DNA of 64,000 nt, taken from an uncultured Desulfobacterales bacterium. Lineage in GTDB: Bacteria; Desulfobacterota; Desulfobacteria; Desulfobacterales; JAHEIW01. Position 1 is the first letter of the stretch. The number at the start of each line of letters is the position of its first letter. Positions 49,660-59,858 of this stretch are shown one piece after another. The DNA is taken from the NCBI GenBank assembly GCA_947259495.1, contig CAMYLV010000002.1:229698-293697 (forward strand), in the 5' to 3' direction. The notes below the pieces were generated by a model, which had not been told where the DNA came from, searched no databases, and saw nothing but the letters and a program-made list of their open reading frames with translations. Position numbers and translations under genes: made by a program.

Positions 49660-52600
49660 GTGAACCCAGGCGTCCTTATTTTTGGTGGAAGCCCCGCCGG
49701 GCTCCAAGCGGCTCTGGATCTGGCCGAAACCGGGATTGAAGTCCTTTTGGCAGAAAGCTCGCCTTTCGTTGGAGACGATGCGCTCTTCAAGCTACCGGAG
49801 TATATTTCACATCTACACGCTCTGGAGGCTGCCAAACATCCCCGTATTCATCTTTTGACCCACACCGAGTTAAAAAGCGCCGAGAAAATCGGAAACACCT
49901 TCAAGATTCAACTCCACCTGCGCCCGCGATATGTCGACTTAAACCGCTGCACGGGTTGTGGGGATTGCCTCGAGGTTTGTCCGGTGCAGGTGCCCGGAAA
50001 TGAACGCAAAGCCATCTACCTCAGAGATGGTCATCAGCCGCAGTGTGCCGTCATCGATAAAATGGGCCTTGCGCCCTGCTCGCATGCCTGCCCAGCGGGA
50101 ATTCACGTCCAAGGCTACGTTGCCCTCATCGCTCATGGGCGTTTTCAAGAAGCCCTGGATCTGGTGCGGGAAGCGATCCCCTTTCCAGGCATCTGCGGCC
50201 GGATATGTACCCATCCCTGCGAAGTCAATTGCCGTCGTAACGAAGTGGACGAGCCGGTGGCGATTCGACAGCTTAAACGGTTCATTGCCGATTGGGAACT
50301 CAAAAAGGTCAACCAGGCAAAGCGCAACAAACCCAAAATATCTTTGCCAGCTGTTGATGCCAAACGGATAGCAATTGTCGGTGCGGGTCCGGCCGGGCTG
50401 ACCACAGCTTATTATCTGGCCCTTAAAAATCATAGTGTAACGGTTTTTGAAAAGCTCCCCGTTGCCGGTGGAATGATGGCAGTGGGCATTCCTTCCTATC
50501 GTCTTCCCAGGGATATTCTTAATGCTGAAATTAGCGCTATCGAGGCAGTGGGCGTTAAAATTAAGACGGGGGTCACTTTTGGCAAAGACTTTGACTTAGA
50601 GACGCTGAGATCAAATGGATATTCAGCTATCTTTCTATCCACCGGTCTGCACGGCAGCCGCAAACTCGGGGTGGCCGGAGAAAACCTATCAGGCGTTTTT
50701 GACGGGGTGTCTTTTCTGCGGGATGTTGCGCTGGGCAAAAAGGTGTCCGTCGCTAAAAAACTCATCGTTGTAGGCGGGGGTAATGTCGCCATCGATGTGG
50801 CGCTTACTGCCAGACGCTTGGGCTCTAAAGCGGTTACCATCGTTTGTCTTGAAACCCAAGAAGAGATGCCGGCTCGCGATTACGAGATTAAAGAGGCCCT
50901 TGAAGCCGGCGTAGAAATTGTCAATTGTTTTGGGCCTCACCGTTTCCTGGGCAAAAACAGCAAATTTGCGGGAATTCAATTCAAGCGCTGTACCTGTGTG
51001 TTTGATGATCAGTGCAATTTTAATCCCCAGTACGATGAAAACGAACTCAATATCCTGGAAGCGGAAGCCGTAATGATTGCCATCGGCCAACGCGCTGAAG
51101 TGGACTTTTGCGAAGCGCAAAAAATTAACCTTTCACCCCAGGGCGGCATCCAGGCTGATCCGGTAACCTTGCAAACGAGCATACCGTGGGTGTTTGCCGG
51201 TGGGGATGCGGTCTATGGCCCCAAAACAGTCATAGAAGCCATTGCCAACGGGAAACAAGCTGCTGAAAGCATCGCTCGGTATCTTAACCCGCGCGATTCA
51301 AAGGAGATTCGCATCAACCAATGGCCGAATGAAATCAAAGCCGATAATTATAAAAGCAGCCAATCATCAAACGACCAAACACAGAATTTGGGTCAGATGT
51401 CCATTTCCGAACGACCTATGACCGAAGCGGAATTGGTTACCAAGCCGCGGCTGTCCATGCCGGTTCTCCCAAGCGCGGCACGGTTGAGCAGTTTTTCGGA
51501 AGTTGAATTAGGTTTTTCAGAAGAACAGGCGATTGCCGAAGCCCAACGCTGCCTGGCCTGTGGTCCTTGCAGTGAATGTATGGTCTGTGTCCAGGCTTGC
51601 AAGGCGGGTGCTGTTGTGCATGATGAGCGTGAAAAGATCGTCGAGTTCGAGATGGGTGCAATTATACTGGCTGACGGTCCGACAAAATTTGAGAAATTAG
51701 AGCTGCAAGAAGGACCCGGCCTTTATCGGGTATCACCCCAAGCGACACTTTCAGGCTCTGTGGCGGCCGCCCATGCCATGAACCATACACGCTCCGAACG
51801 CCATTTTACGGTGTCATCAAGTTGGATGGGAGAAGTTCCGGCAAGCCCTGCGCGCATGGGTGTGTTTATTTGCCAGTGTGAAGATCACATCGCCCGTGTG
51901 GTAGATACGGATGCACTGCGCCGCCAATCAATAAATCTACCCGGCGTTATCCATGCGGCTGAAATTTCCCAGGTCTGTTTACCGGAGGCCGCTGAATTTC
52001 TTGGCAATGCGGTTGTGACATACGGTCTGAATCGGGTGCTGTTGGCTGCCTGCGCCTGCTGTTCGCTGGACCAGGTCTGTTTCAGTTGCACCTATCAACG
52101 GGTCCGCTGCAAAAATAACCTGGGATTGTTTGCGGCGGGCGCTTACGATCCACGCATTCCGACCGGTCGCTTGTCAGCTGAAAACTTATCCAATGTAATC
52201 TGGGAATTTGTGAATATCCGAGAGCATTGCGCCTGGGTGCACGCTGATGATCCGGAGGCCGCAACCGCCAAAGCAGACGCTATGATTGCTTCCGCTGCTG
52301 TCAAATTGAAGATGGCCTCACCCCGGTGTGCCCAACCGGTGAACGCTGAACGCTCCGTGTTGATTTTGGGCAACAGCACGGCGGCTCAGGTTTGTCAAAA
52401 TTTACTCAAAGGACAGCGTATTGACACCCATGTTGGTGCGCGCTTACCCCATCAGATTTGGCGTGCCGACGGGCAATATGCGGTTTCAAATCCAGCAACC
52501 ATCCAGCAAGCTTCAGCAATAGTGCTGGCGCCGCAGGACACGGTCGAGGCAGATCTTTTGTGCAATGCGTTTGCATCAGCAGGTCAACTCAAGCGCCTGA

Positions 52601-53379
52601 AGACCATGCCACCGGATGTTGCAACGCTGCTGCCGGGTGTCTTTTTCTGTGACCCGCTAGATGGCATATCGACCGGTGCAGCCGCTGCCGTCAAAGTGGC
52701 CGGTTGGTTGGATCAGCTGAGCGAACGGCCCAATCCCATCACTGCGTCGGTCGATCCCCACCGCTGCCGGGCGTGTAAAACCTGTATCGAAATTTGTGAT
52801 TTAGGCGCGCCGCAACTGGTCGGTAAAGAATCGCAGCGTCACTGCTGGATCGATCCGATAATCTGTACGGGTTGCGCCAGTTGTGCAGCGCAATGCCCTT
52901 CCGGAGCTATAACCGCGGGCTATGCGACTGATGAACAACTGGTAGCCATGCTCACGGCTTTTTTGAAAGCAGACGATATGAATGTCAAGCAGAAAGCGGT
53001 GGTTTTTACATGTAATTGGGGTGCCTACCGGGGGCTGGAAGCAGCGGGTCGCCACCATGCGTCATACGCTTCATGGGTTTATCCCATGAAAGTCATGTGC
53101 CTGGGTCGATTGAGTCCGGGAATCATCCTTAAAGCTTTTAATCTCGGTGCCGACGGCGTCTTGCTGCTGGGTTGCCCGCCGGATGAATGTCATTATGAAT
53201 TTGGCAGTCAGCGCGCCAAAGAAACATTTGATTTAACCAGCAGGTTAATGCAACTGTTGGGGCATTCGGATAAATGCCTGGTACTGGATCGGGTCGCGGC
53301 CGGCGATGAAAAAACCTGGGCAACAAAATTAAAAACCTTTGTGGATGGTCTAAATGGGGGCAGGGAGCCTTATGGATAG
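49660..53379 (+). CDS. HdrL-like fusion: truncated HdrA segments, GltD/NfnB-type FAD/NAD(P) oxidoreductase, ferredoxin motifs and MvhD
   Basis: GGSPAGLQAALDLA, PCSHACP...CGRICTHPCE, GAGPAG, GGGNVAID, FAGGD, EAQRCLAC, GVFICQC, VNIREHCAWVH, CxxCxxCxxxC motifs, MvhD FTCNW..MCLGR..GCPPDECHY. Confidence 0.8.
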   Translation: MNPGVLIFGGSPAGLQAALDLAETGIEVLLAESSPFVGDDALFKLPEYISHLHALEAAKHPRIHLLTHTELKSAEKIGNTFKIQLHLRPRYVDLNRCTGCGDCLEVCPVQVPGNERKAIYLRDGHQPQCAVIDKMGLAPCSHACPAGIHVQGYVALIAHGRFQEALDLVREAIPFPGICGRICTHPCEVNCRRNEVDEPVAIRQLKRFIADWELKKVNQAKRNKPKISLPAVDAKRIAIVGAGPAGLTTAYYLALKNHSVTVFEKLPVAGGMMAVGIPSYRLPRDILNAEISAIEAVGVKIKTGVTFGKDFDLETLRSNGYSAIFLSTGLHGSRKLGVAGENLSGVFDGVSFLRDVALGKKVSVAKKLIVVGGGNVAIDVALTARRLGSKAVTIVCLETQEEMPARDYEIKEALEAGVEIVNCFGPHRFLGKNSKFAGIQFKRCTCVFDDQCNFNPQYDENELNILEAEAVMIAIGQRAEVDFCEAQKINLSPQGGIQADPVTLQTSIPWVFAGGDAVYGPKTVIEAIANGKQAAESIARYLNPRDSKEIRINQWPNEIKADNYKSSQSSNDQTQNLGQMSISERPMTEAELVTKPRLSMPVLPSAARLSSFSEVELGFSEEQAIAEAQRCLACGPCSECMVCVQACKAGAVVHDEREKIVEFEMGAIILADGPTKFEKLELQEGPGLYRVSPQATLSGSVAAAHAMNHTRSERHFTVSSSWMGEVPASPARMGVFICQCEDHIARVVDTDALRRQSINLPGVIHAAEISQVCLPEAAEFLGNAVVTYGLNRVLLAACACCSLDQVCFSCTYQRVRCKNNLGLFAAGAYDPRIPTGRLSAENLSNVIWEFVNIREHCAWVHADDPEAATAKADAMIASAAVKLKMASPRCAQPVNAERSVLILGNSTAAQVCQNLLKGQRIDTHVGARLPHQIWRADGQYAVSNPATIQQASAIVLAPQDTVEADLLCNAFASAGQLKRLKTMPPDVATLLPGVFFCDPLDGISTGAAAAVKVAGWLDQLSERPNPITASVDPHRCRACKTCIEICDLGAPQLVGKESQRHCWIDPIICTGCASCAAQCPSGAITAGYATDEQLVAMLTAFLKADDMNVKQKAVVFTCNWGAYRGLEAAGRHHASYASWVYPMKVMCLGRLSPGIILKAFNLGADGVLLLGCPPDECHYEFGSQRAKETFDLTSRLMQLLGHSDKCLVLDRVAAGDEKTWATKLKTFVDGLNGGREPYG

Positions 53380-54517
53380 CATGAAAGACATTATCCAACA
53401 ATGTCGAGCGTGGTATTGTCAGGAATGTGGCAAATGCAGTGCCGTTTGCCCCATTACGCGTTGGGAAACCCGGTCCTATAGCAGTCCACGGCTGCTGGTG
53501 GAGAAGGCCATCGATAGTCGGCCCGAGGAGATCATGCAAGATCCTTTATTTTGGTCCTGTCTGACATGCAAGCGTTGCAGTTTGCTGTGCCCATCGGATG
53601 TCTATTTTTCTGATTTCATACAGAAGGCGAGAACACTGGCTGCGGGGTGCGGACTAGCGGGTGAATGCACCCATGGAGCAGTTATCCAAAGCTGGGGCAA
53701 AATGATGACTGACCCGGGGCTGAAGCAAAATCGTTTGGACTGGATAACGCCGGATCTTCGCATATCCAATGATTCGGAGATTGTTTATTTTACCGGATGT
53801 TTGCCCTACTATGACGCCTTATTTGAGCATCTGGATTTTGAAGGCGTAGAAATTGCTAAAGCAGCGGTGAAAATTTTAAACCATCTGGGGATTGAGCCTC
53901 AGGTCATGGCTGGCGAGCGCTGCTGCGGTCACGATCAGCTATGGGAAGGCGAAATGGAGACATTTCATGCATTGGCCAAACTCAACCTTGAGCACCTCAG
54001 CGCCACCGGCGCTAAGATCATTCTCACAACCTGCCCGGAGTGTGCCCTCATGCTTACCCTGGAATACCCCAAACGTGTCGCAGACCATGGCATGGCGGTA
54101 TTTCACCTGACCCAATATTTGGCGCAGGCAGTTGCTGATGGCAACCTCGTGCTGAGGCCGAAAAATCATAACCGCGTAACCTACCAGGACCCCTGTCGGT
54201 TGGGTCGCTATCTAAACATTTACGATGAACCGCGGTCATTAGTGGAGGCTCTGGGATTGGATCTGAGGGAAATGGAACGAGTCCGTTGTGCCAGTCTGTG
54301 CTGCGGCACAACCGGGTGGACATCTTGCGGACAGGTCAGCAAAAATATTCAAATCGAGAGGTTACAGGAAGCGTCACGAACAGGCGCCAATAAAATGATT
54401 ACGGCCTGCATTAAATGCCAGATTCATTTTCGATGTGCTCAGGAGGATCCACAACTGGAGAATAAACAAAATCTTAAGATTCAAGATCTGACGACTTTAA
54501 TCGCGAATCATCTTTGA
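53372..54517 (+). CDS. HdrD-like Fe-S protein with two CCG domains
   Basis: CQECGKCSAVCP, CLTCKRCSLLCP, FTGC..ERCCG..CPEC, QDPC..CCG..CIKC; ATG at 53372 after GGGAG. Confidence 0.88.
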   Translation: MDSMKDIIQQCRAWYCQECGKCSAVCPITRWETRSYSSPRLLVEKAIDSRPEEIMQDPLFWSCLTCKRCSLLCPSDVYFSDFIQKARTLAAGCGLAGECTHGAVIQSWGKMMTDPGLKQNRLDWITPDLRISNDSEIVYFTGCLPYYDALFEHLDFEGVEIAKAAVKILNHLGIEPQVMAGERCCGHDQLWEGEMETFHALAKLNLEHLSATGAKIILTTCPECALMLTLEYPKRVADHGMAVFHLTQYLAQAVADGNLVLRPKNHNRVTYQDPCRLGRYLNIYDEPRSLVEALGLDLREMERVRCASLCCGTTGWTSCGQVSKNIQIERLQEASRTGANKMITACIKCQIHFRCAQEDPQLENKQNLKIQDLTTLIANHL

Positions 54518-54590
54518 ACGCTACCGTTGAAGATGATTTGTCATTCGAGCCAATAGCTTCATTTTAACTAAAGCGGAAAGTGCTCATAAT

Positions 54591-56246
54591 ATGATGCAAC
54601 GGGATATCTCATCGACTGATATATTGGATCCGAATCTTCTCCAAAGCGTTGTCCGACAGGCGACGTTCCAATGCCGTGCCGAAGGCAGCGGATTTTACCT
54701 GTGCGATCCGGAAGGCGGGCACAAAACCTTACTGGCCACTCAGAACCTGCCCAAAGAACCTTGGGATGAGTTATTTTTAAAGGAAATGGTCGAATCTCGT
54801 CGGGCTGTCATTAAAACGCTTCCGGATCAGTCTGTTTTGATGGCGGCGCCTCTGGTTTGGCAGGAAGCCGTACGAGGACTTCTGATTGTTTTTGATAGCA
54901 AACCTGGACGAACCTTTAGAAACCGAGATATAGCCTTAATCCAATCTCTGGCAGACCTGACGGCATCGGTTGCCCAGCAAAATGAACGCCTGGCACGCAT
55001 GACAACCCAGTTTCGCACCTTGCATACCATTGATGTGGCGCTGACGTCGAGCCTTGAATTGGACCATGTCCTGAATCTGATACTTGAAAAAGCCGCAGAG
55101 CTGGTCAATGCCGAGCATGGTTCGCTTCGGCATCTGGAACCTGAGACCGGCAATCTTGTCCTCAAGGCTCATTACGGAGAGGGGTGGACAAAAGAAAAGC
55201 TGGCGTATACGCCGCGCATCGGGCAGGGAATCGCCCGCTGGGTGGCCGAGCAGCAGCGGCCCTATTTGAGCCCGGACGTTCGTAAAGATCCTTTAAATGT
55301 CGTTCTTTTTGGAGATATGCGTTCGAGCATTTCGGTGCCCCTATTGTACAGCTCAGATGAACAACCCCCAAAAGGTAGGCTTATCGGGGTTTTACTCTTG
55401 GAGAGTTCTCGTCTGGCTGCCTTTGACCAGCAGGATGTTGAACTTCTGGAAGCATTGGCCCAGGAGGCGGTGATTGCCATCCAAAACGCCACTCAACTTC
55501 AAAAACTCAAGGCGGAGCAAGAACGACGTTTGGCTGCCGAAAAATGGGCGGTGATGGGCCAAGCTGCGACCGCCCTGGCCCATCGCATTAATAACCTGTT
55601 AGGGATAGTGCCTGTCAGCGCCAGTGAAGTGCTGCGAATATTAGCAAAGCTGGATCTATCTGATGCAGACCGCCGGTGGGCCCGGTCTAATCTGGAGCGC
55701 ATCCAGCGGAATGCGCAGTTTATTCTTAAGCTCAGCGAAGCGTTATTCAGGCCGTTTAAAGAATCCGGTCCACCGACCCGATTTGACGTAAACCGATTAC
55801 TCAATGAAGCTATGGAATCTGCCGACTTGCCGGAGGATATTGAGATCGTTTGTAACTATGATAAACGGCAGCCCCTGGTGAATTGCAGTTTGCTTCTGTT
55901 GGACATTTTCCTTGAACTCATAACCAATGCTTGCAAGGCCATGGAGAGTCAAAAGCCGAGAAAACTCGAAGTCAGCAGCCGATCGGTACAAGTTGCCGGG
56001 TTGCCCTGGGTCATGGTTAAAATCAGTGACACGGGCAAAGGGATGTCATTGCATAACTTAGACCATTTATGGAATTTATTTCAACCCAGTGATGACGGCC
56101 TTGGATTTGGGCTATGGTGGATGCGGACCTTTATCGAACGTCAAGGCGGAACCATCGAATGTCACAGCAAGCCTGATAATGGAGCAACGTTTATTATCAG
56201 GTTACCTGCTTCTACCGGCAGGCGTCAGAAATCAGAAGACAGATGA
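54591..56246 (+). CDS. Soluble GAF-GAF sensor histidine kinase
   Basis: Two GAF-like domains, H-box LAHRINNLL, N-box ELITNA, DTGKG, GLGFGL; no TM helix. Confidence 0.88.
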   Translation: MMQRDISSTDILDPNLLQSVVRQATFQCRAEGSGFYLCDPEGGHKTLLATQNLPKEPWDELFLKEMVESRRAVIKTLPDQSVLMAAPLVWQEAVRGLLIVFDSKPGRTFRNRDIALIQSLADLTASVAQQNERLARMTTQFRTLHTIDVALTSSLELDHVLNLILEKAAELVNAEHGSLRHLEPETGNLVLKAHYGEGWTKEKLAYTPRIGQGIARWVAEQQRPYLSPDVRKDPLNVVLFGDMRSSISVPLLYSSDEQPPKGRLIGVLLLESSRLAAFDQQDVELLEALAQEAVIAIQNATQLQKLKAEQERRLAAEKWAVMGQAATALAHRINNLLGIVPVSASEVLRILAKLDLSDADRRWARSNLERIQRNAQFILKLSEALFRPFKESGPPTRFDVNRLLNEAMESADLPEDIEIVCNYDKRQPLVNCSLLLLDIFLELITNACKAMESQKPRKLEVSSRSVQVAGLPWVMVKISDTGKGMSLHNLDHLWNLFQPSDDGLGFGLWWMRTFIERQGGTIECHSKPDNGATFIIRLPASTGRRQKSEDR

Positions 56247-56341
56247 CAGAAATCAGAGTGCAAGAAACAGAAAGCAGTTTGTTATTCTCGACTCCCAGTT
56301 GCTGTTCTCTGTTCTCTGACCTCTGACTTCTGACCTCTGAA
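56225..56341. repeat. Inverted 7-nt repeat array (CAGAAAT / CTCTGAC type)
   Basis: TCAGAAATCAGAAGACAGATGACAGAAATCAGAG ... CTGTTCTCTGTTCTCTGACCTCTGACTTCTGACCTCTGA. Confidence 0.8.
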
Positions 56342-56367
56342 CCGTCTCACGTTTGCGGGAGATAAAA

Positions 56368-56847
56368 ATGCGAGGAAAAGTCCTAATTGTGGATGACTAT
56401 ACGGATTGGCGAGGACTGCTAAGCGGACTGTTGGAACGAGAGGGGCATGTGGTTCATGCCGTGGCTGCCAAACAAGAAGCCCTTGCCTATATTACTGAAA
56501 ACAGGGATCTGGATCTCGCCGTTCTGGATATTCGATTGGTTGATGTTGATGAAAGCAATGAGGACGGTATTCACCTGCTGGCGGAAATTTGCAAACGACT
56601 TCCATTTACCCGTGTGATCATGATCACCGGCTATGGAACCATGGAAACGCAGCGCAAAGCCTTCAAACAGTATCAAGCCTTTGATTTTTTCAGTAAGGCC
56701 CGGTTTGATTCCGAGGAGTTCAAAGAAGCGTTTCAAGAGGCCATTGAACAAGCAGCTCGTGACCGGCAATTATGGAAGGATAAAGAATATGCGCGCGGGC
56801 AACAATATGAGACCTGGCAGCGGAAAAAGTTAGGCCCCGACTGTTAG
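56368..56847 (+). CDS. Single-domain response regulator with a short C-terminal tail
   Basis: VLIVDD, phosphoacceptor in AVLDIRL, MITGYG, DFFSK; no DNA-binding domain. Confidence 0.88.
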   Translation: MRGKVLIVDDYTDWRGLLSGLLEREGHVVHAVAAKQEALAYITENRDLDLAVLDIRLVDVDESNEDGIHLLAEICKRLPFTRVIMITGYGTMETQRKAFKQYQAFDFFSKARFDSEEFKEAFQEAIEQAARDRQLWKDKEYARGQQYETWQRKKLGPDC

Positions 56848-56952
56848 GCAGCGATGGATCGATGCCGGGTTTCCCGCAGCGGTCCAAAAAAACAACAGGC
56901 CAGAAATAAATCCAAAACGAAAAGCGTTCTGATTGCGCAAAGGAGGTTAAAT

Positions 56953-59517
56953 TTGACCAAAGAAGAACTGCGTATAGGCGTTTTTGTATGTGATTGTGGC
57001 TCCAATATTGCCGGAGTTGTGGATGTCGATGAAGTCCAACGGTTCGCTGAGACGTTACCGGATGTGGTCGTGGCGGTTCGGAACAAATACACGTGTTCCG
57101 ATCCGGGTCAGCAAGAAATTCAACAAACCATATTCGAGCAAAAGCTCAACCGCGTGGTGGTCGCTTCCTGTTCACCGGCTTCTTACGAACCCATTTTTCG
57201 GCAATGCATTCATGCAGCCGGACTGAATCCTTATCTGCTGGAAATGGCGAATATTCGCGAACAATGTTCCTGGGTGACGCCTGATCGTCAAACAGCCACG
57301 CGAAAAGCTTTAGATATCGTCCGGGTCGCCGTTGCCCGCGCCAAATGGCTTTACCCCCAAGATGAAGAGCAAATTGCGGTTACGGATGCGGCACTGGTGA
57401 TTGGCGGCGGGGTGGCCGGCATGCAGGCAGCCCTGGATCTGGCAGATGCCGGACACCCGGTTTATCTGGTTGAAAAAAAGCCGTCCATTGGCGGTATTAT
57501 GGCCCAGCTCGACAAAGTCTATCCGGACATTGAGTGCAGCATCTGAATCCTCGGACCCAAGATGATGGATGTCGGTCGGCATCCCCGAATTGAGCTAATG
57601 ACCAACGCCATATTAGAAGATGTTGCCGGATACGTGGGTAATTTTAAAGTGCGGATACGCAAAAAACCACGCTATGTCGATGAAGGCGAATGTACGACCT
57701 GCGGTGATTGTGTGGCTGCCTGTCCGGTGGTCGTCCCTGACGAATTCCAGATGGGGCTGAGCAGCCGCCGAGCGATCTACATCCCTTTTCCGCAAGCTGT
57801 CCCCTCTGCTTATGTGGTTTCAGCCGAAGATTGTTTGGGCCGAAACCCTATCGCATGCGGAAAGTGCATTGAATCCTGTGAAAAAAATTGCATTAATTTC
57901 GACCAGGAAGACGAGCTTTTTGAAATTGACATCGGCGCTATAGTTGTCGCCACCGGAATGGATGTATACGATCCTACCGCGCTGGATGAATACGGGTACA
58001 CGCGCTATCTGAATGTTGTAACCAGCCTTGAATTTGAGCGGCTGATCTCAACCGGGGGCGCTTTGGGCGGACATTTAGGACGCCCCAGCGACAAGAAGCG
58101 ACCTTTGCGTATTGGCTATATTCAGTGTGTGGGCTCTCGAACCCAAGACCCTGCCCGCGGCAACCCGTATTGTTCCAATATTTGCTGCATGAACAGCATC
58201 AAAGGCGCGCAATACCTGATAGATAACTACCCGGACACCGACATTACGGTTTTTTATACCGATATTCGCGCGTATGGGAAGGGGTTTGAAGAACTTTTAA
58301 TGCGCACCCGGGGCGGTGGAGTCCGATACTTACGCGGCTTGCCCGGTGAAGTCCAGGAAGACCCGCATAGCAAAAATTTGTGGGTGACCGTTGAAAATAC
58401 AACGGAGAAACGCCTTGAAAAATTAGAATTTGATATGTTGGTATTGGCTGTTGGCGCTGTGCCGGCTGTCGATACCGAGTTTGTTCGTCAAATGGTCAGC
58501 CTGTCCAAATCACCCGGTGGATTTTTAAAGGAAGCCCATGGCAAGCTGCGGCCCGTGGATACGTCCACCAAGGGGGTCTTCATTGCCGGCGCGGCTGAAA
58601 GCCCCAAAGATGTGCGTGAAAGTGTTACCCAGGCCAGCGCCGCCAGTTCACGGGCATCTATCTTGTTACAAAAGAGCCATTTCGCCGTTGAAGCAATCAC
58701 AGCGGTTGTTTATGAAGAGCCGTGTACCCTGTGTGGTCAATGCGCGAAAGTCTGTCCTTTTGGTGCGATAACATGGGAAAAGAAACAGGTGCCCCAGGTG
58801 ATCAGTGCAGCATGTGCCGGATGTGGTACCTGTGCGGCCGAGTGTAAATTTGGGGCCATTGCAATGCGGCACTTTTCGGACCAGGCGATTTATGCCCAGA
58901 TTGACGCTATTCTGGAAGAAAATTCTCAGGAAAAAATCGTAACTTTTGCCTGCAACTGGTGCTCCTATGCCGGAGCCGACACAGCAGGCGTAAGCCGTAT
59001 GGCTTACCCGCCGCATGCCATCATTATCCGTACGATGTGCTCGGGGCGCGTAAATCCGGAATTCGTGTGGTATGCATTTCAAAAGGGTGCCCCCGTTGTG
59101 TTGGTCTCTGGCTGTCACTATGTCGACTGCCATTACATTGATGCCAATCGAAGTACGGTGCGTCGTACTGACGGCTTGTGGGATAAATTAATAAAAATGG
59201 GTATCCGACCTGAGCGCCTGATGCTGGAATGGTGTTCGGCTGCTGAGGGGGCCCGCTGGCAGATCATCATGCAGGAAGCTGAGAAGAAGCGTCAATCTGT
59301 GACATCCGCAGAACTTGAGTTTACCCGCACTGAGTTGTCAAAGGTTCGGGTCCCCCGACCCCGGAATCCCAAACCAGCTGACGAAAACAGTGCGGCTCAA
59401 TTTCATTGTCTGCGTTGCGATCACATATGGGACGGCCTATTCGATGTGATGTGGGAGCGGATCTGTCCCAATTGCCGATCCAACAGTGTCCACTGGTTGC
59501 GGAAAAATATTTCTTAA
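56953..59517 (+). CDS. hdrA: Selenocysteine-containing HdrA-MvhD fusion (854 aa) with C-terminal Cys4 ribbon
   Basis: TTG start after AGGAGG. ORFs 56854..57546 and 57562..59517 share a frame and join as ECSI-TGA-ILGPKMM. Motifs: GVFVCDCG, NIREQCSW, GGGVAG, CVGSR..CSNICC, EAHGKLRP, FACNWCSY, MCSGRV, GCHYVDCHY. Confidence 0.88.
57567..57584 (+). promoter_or_regulatory. Putative bacterial SECIS element
   Basis: Hairpin GGATGTC-GGTC-GGCATCC with a G-led loop beginning 27 nt after the in-frame TGA (57544-57546). Confidence 0.75.
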
Positions 59518-59561
59518 GGTCTTTTCAGCTCCCAATGAACACAGATTTGTCTCTGTTTTCC

Positions 59562-59590
59562 TTGACATTTACTTCTAAAATCAATATTGA
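59562..59590 (+). promoter_or_regulatory. Putative sigma70 promoter of the second oxidoreductase operon
   Basis: TTGACA-17 nt-TATTGA. Confidence 0.5.
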
Positions 59591-59642
59591 GCCACCTTAC
59601 ACGTTTCCTAAAACACATTTAAACAACAGTGAGCACTTTTAC

Positions 59643-59849
59643 ATGGCCAAGCCAAAATTAGAAAAACATCATATCAACCGGGATTGGTGCAAGGGATGTG
59701 GCATATGTGTCGAGCTTTGCCCGAAAAAGGTCCTGGAATTAGACGATCACGAAAAGGTCTCGGCGTTGCGACCGCAGGACTGTATCTGTTGCAAGTTTTG
59801 TGAACTTCGCTGCCCGGATCTTGCAATAGAGATCGAAACTAAAGAATAG
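59643..59849 (+). CDS. 2-oxoacid:ferredoxin oxidoreductase delta subunit
   Basis: WCKGCGICVELCP, CICCKFCELRCPDLAI; start placed at ATG 59643. Confidence 0.88.
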   Translation: MAKPKLEKHHINRDWCKGCGICVELCPKKVLELDDHEKVSALRPQDCICCKFCELRCPDLAIEIETKE

Positions 59850-59858
59850 GCGTATGCT

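Noticed and set aside
56854-59517. hdrA as a nonsense-disrupted pseudogene or two separate genes
   Set aside because: The TGA falls at a conserved Cys/Sec column, the frame is maintained and a SECIS-like hairpin follows
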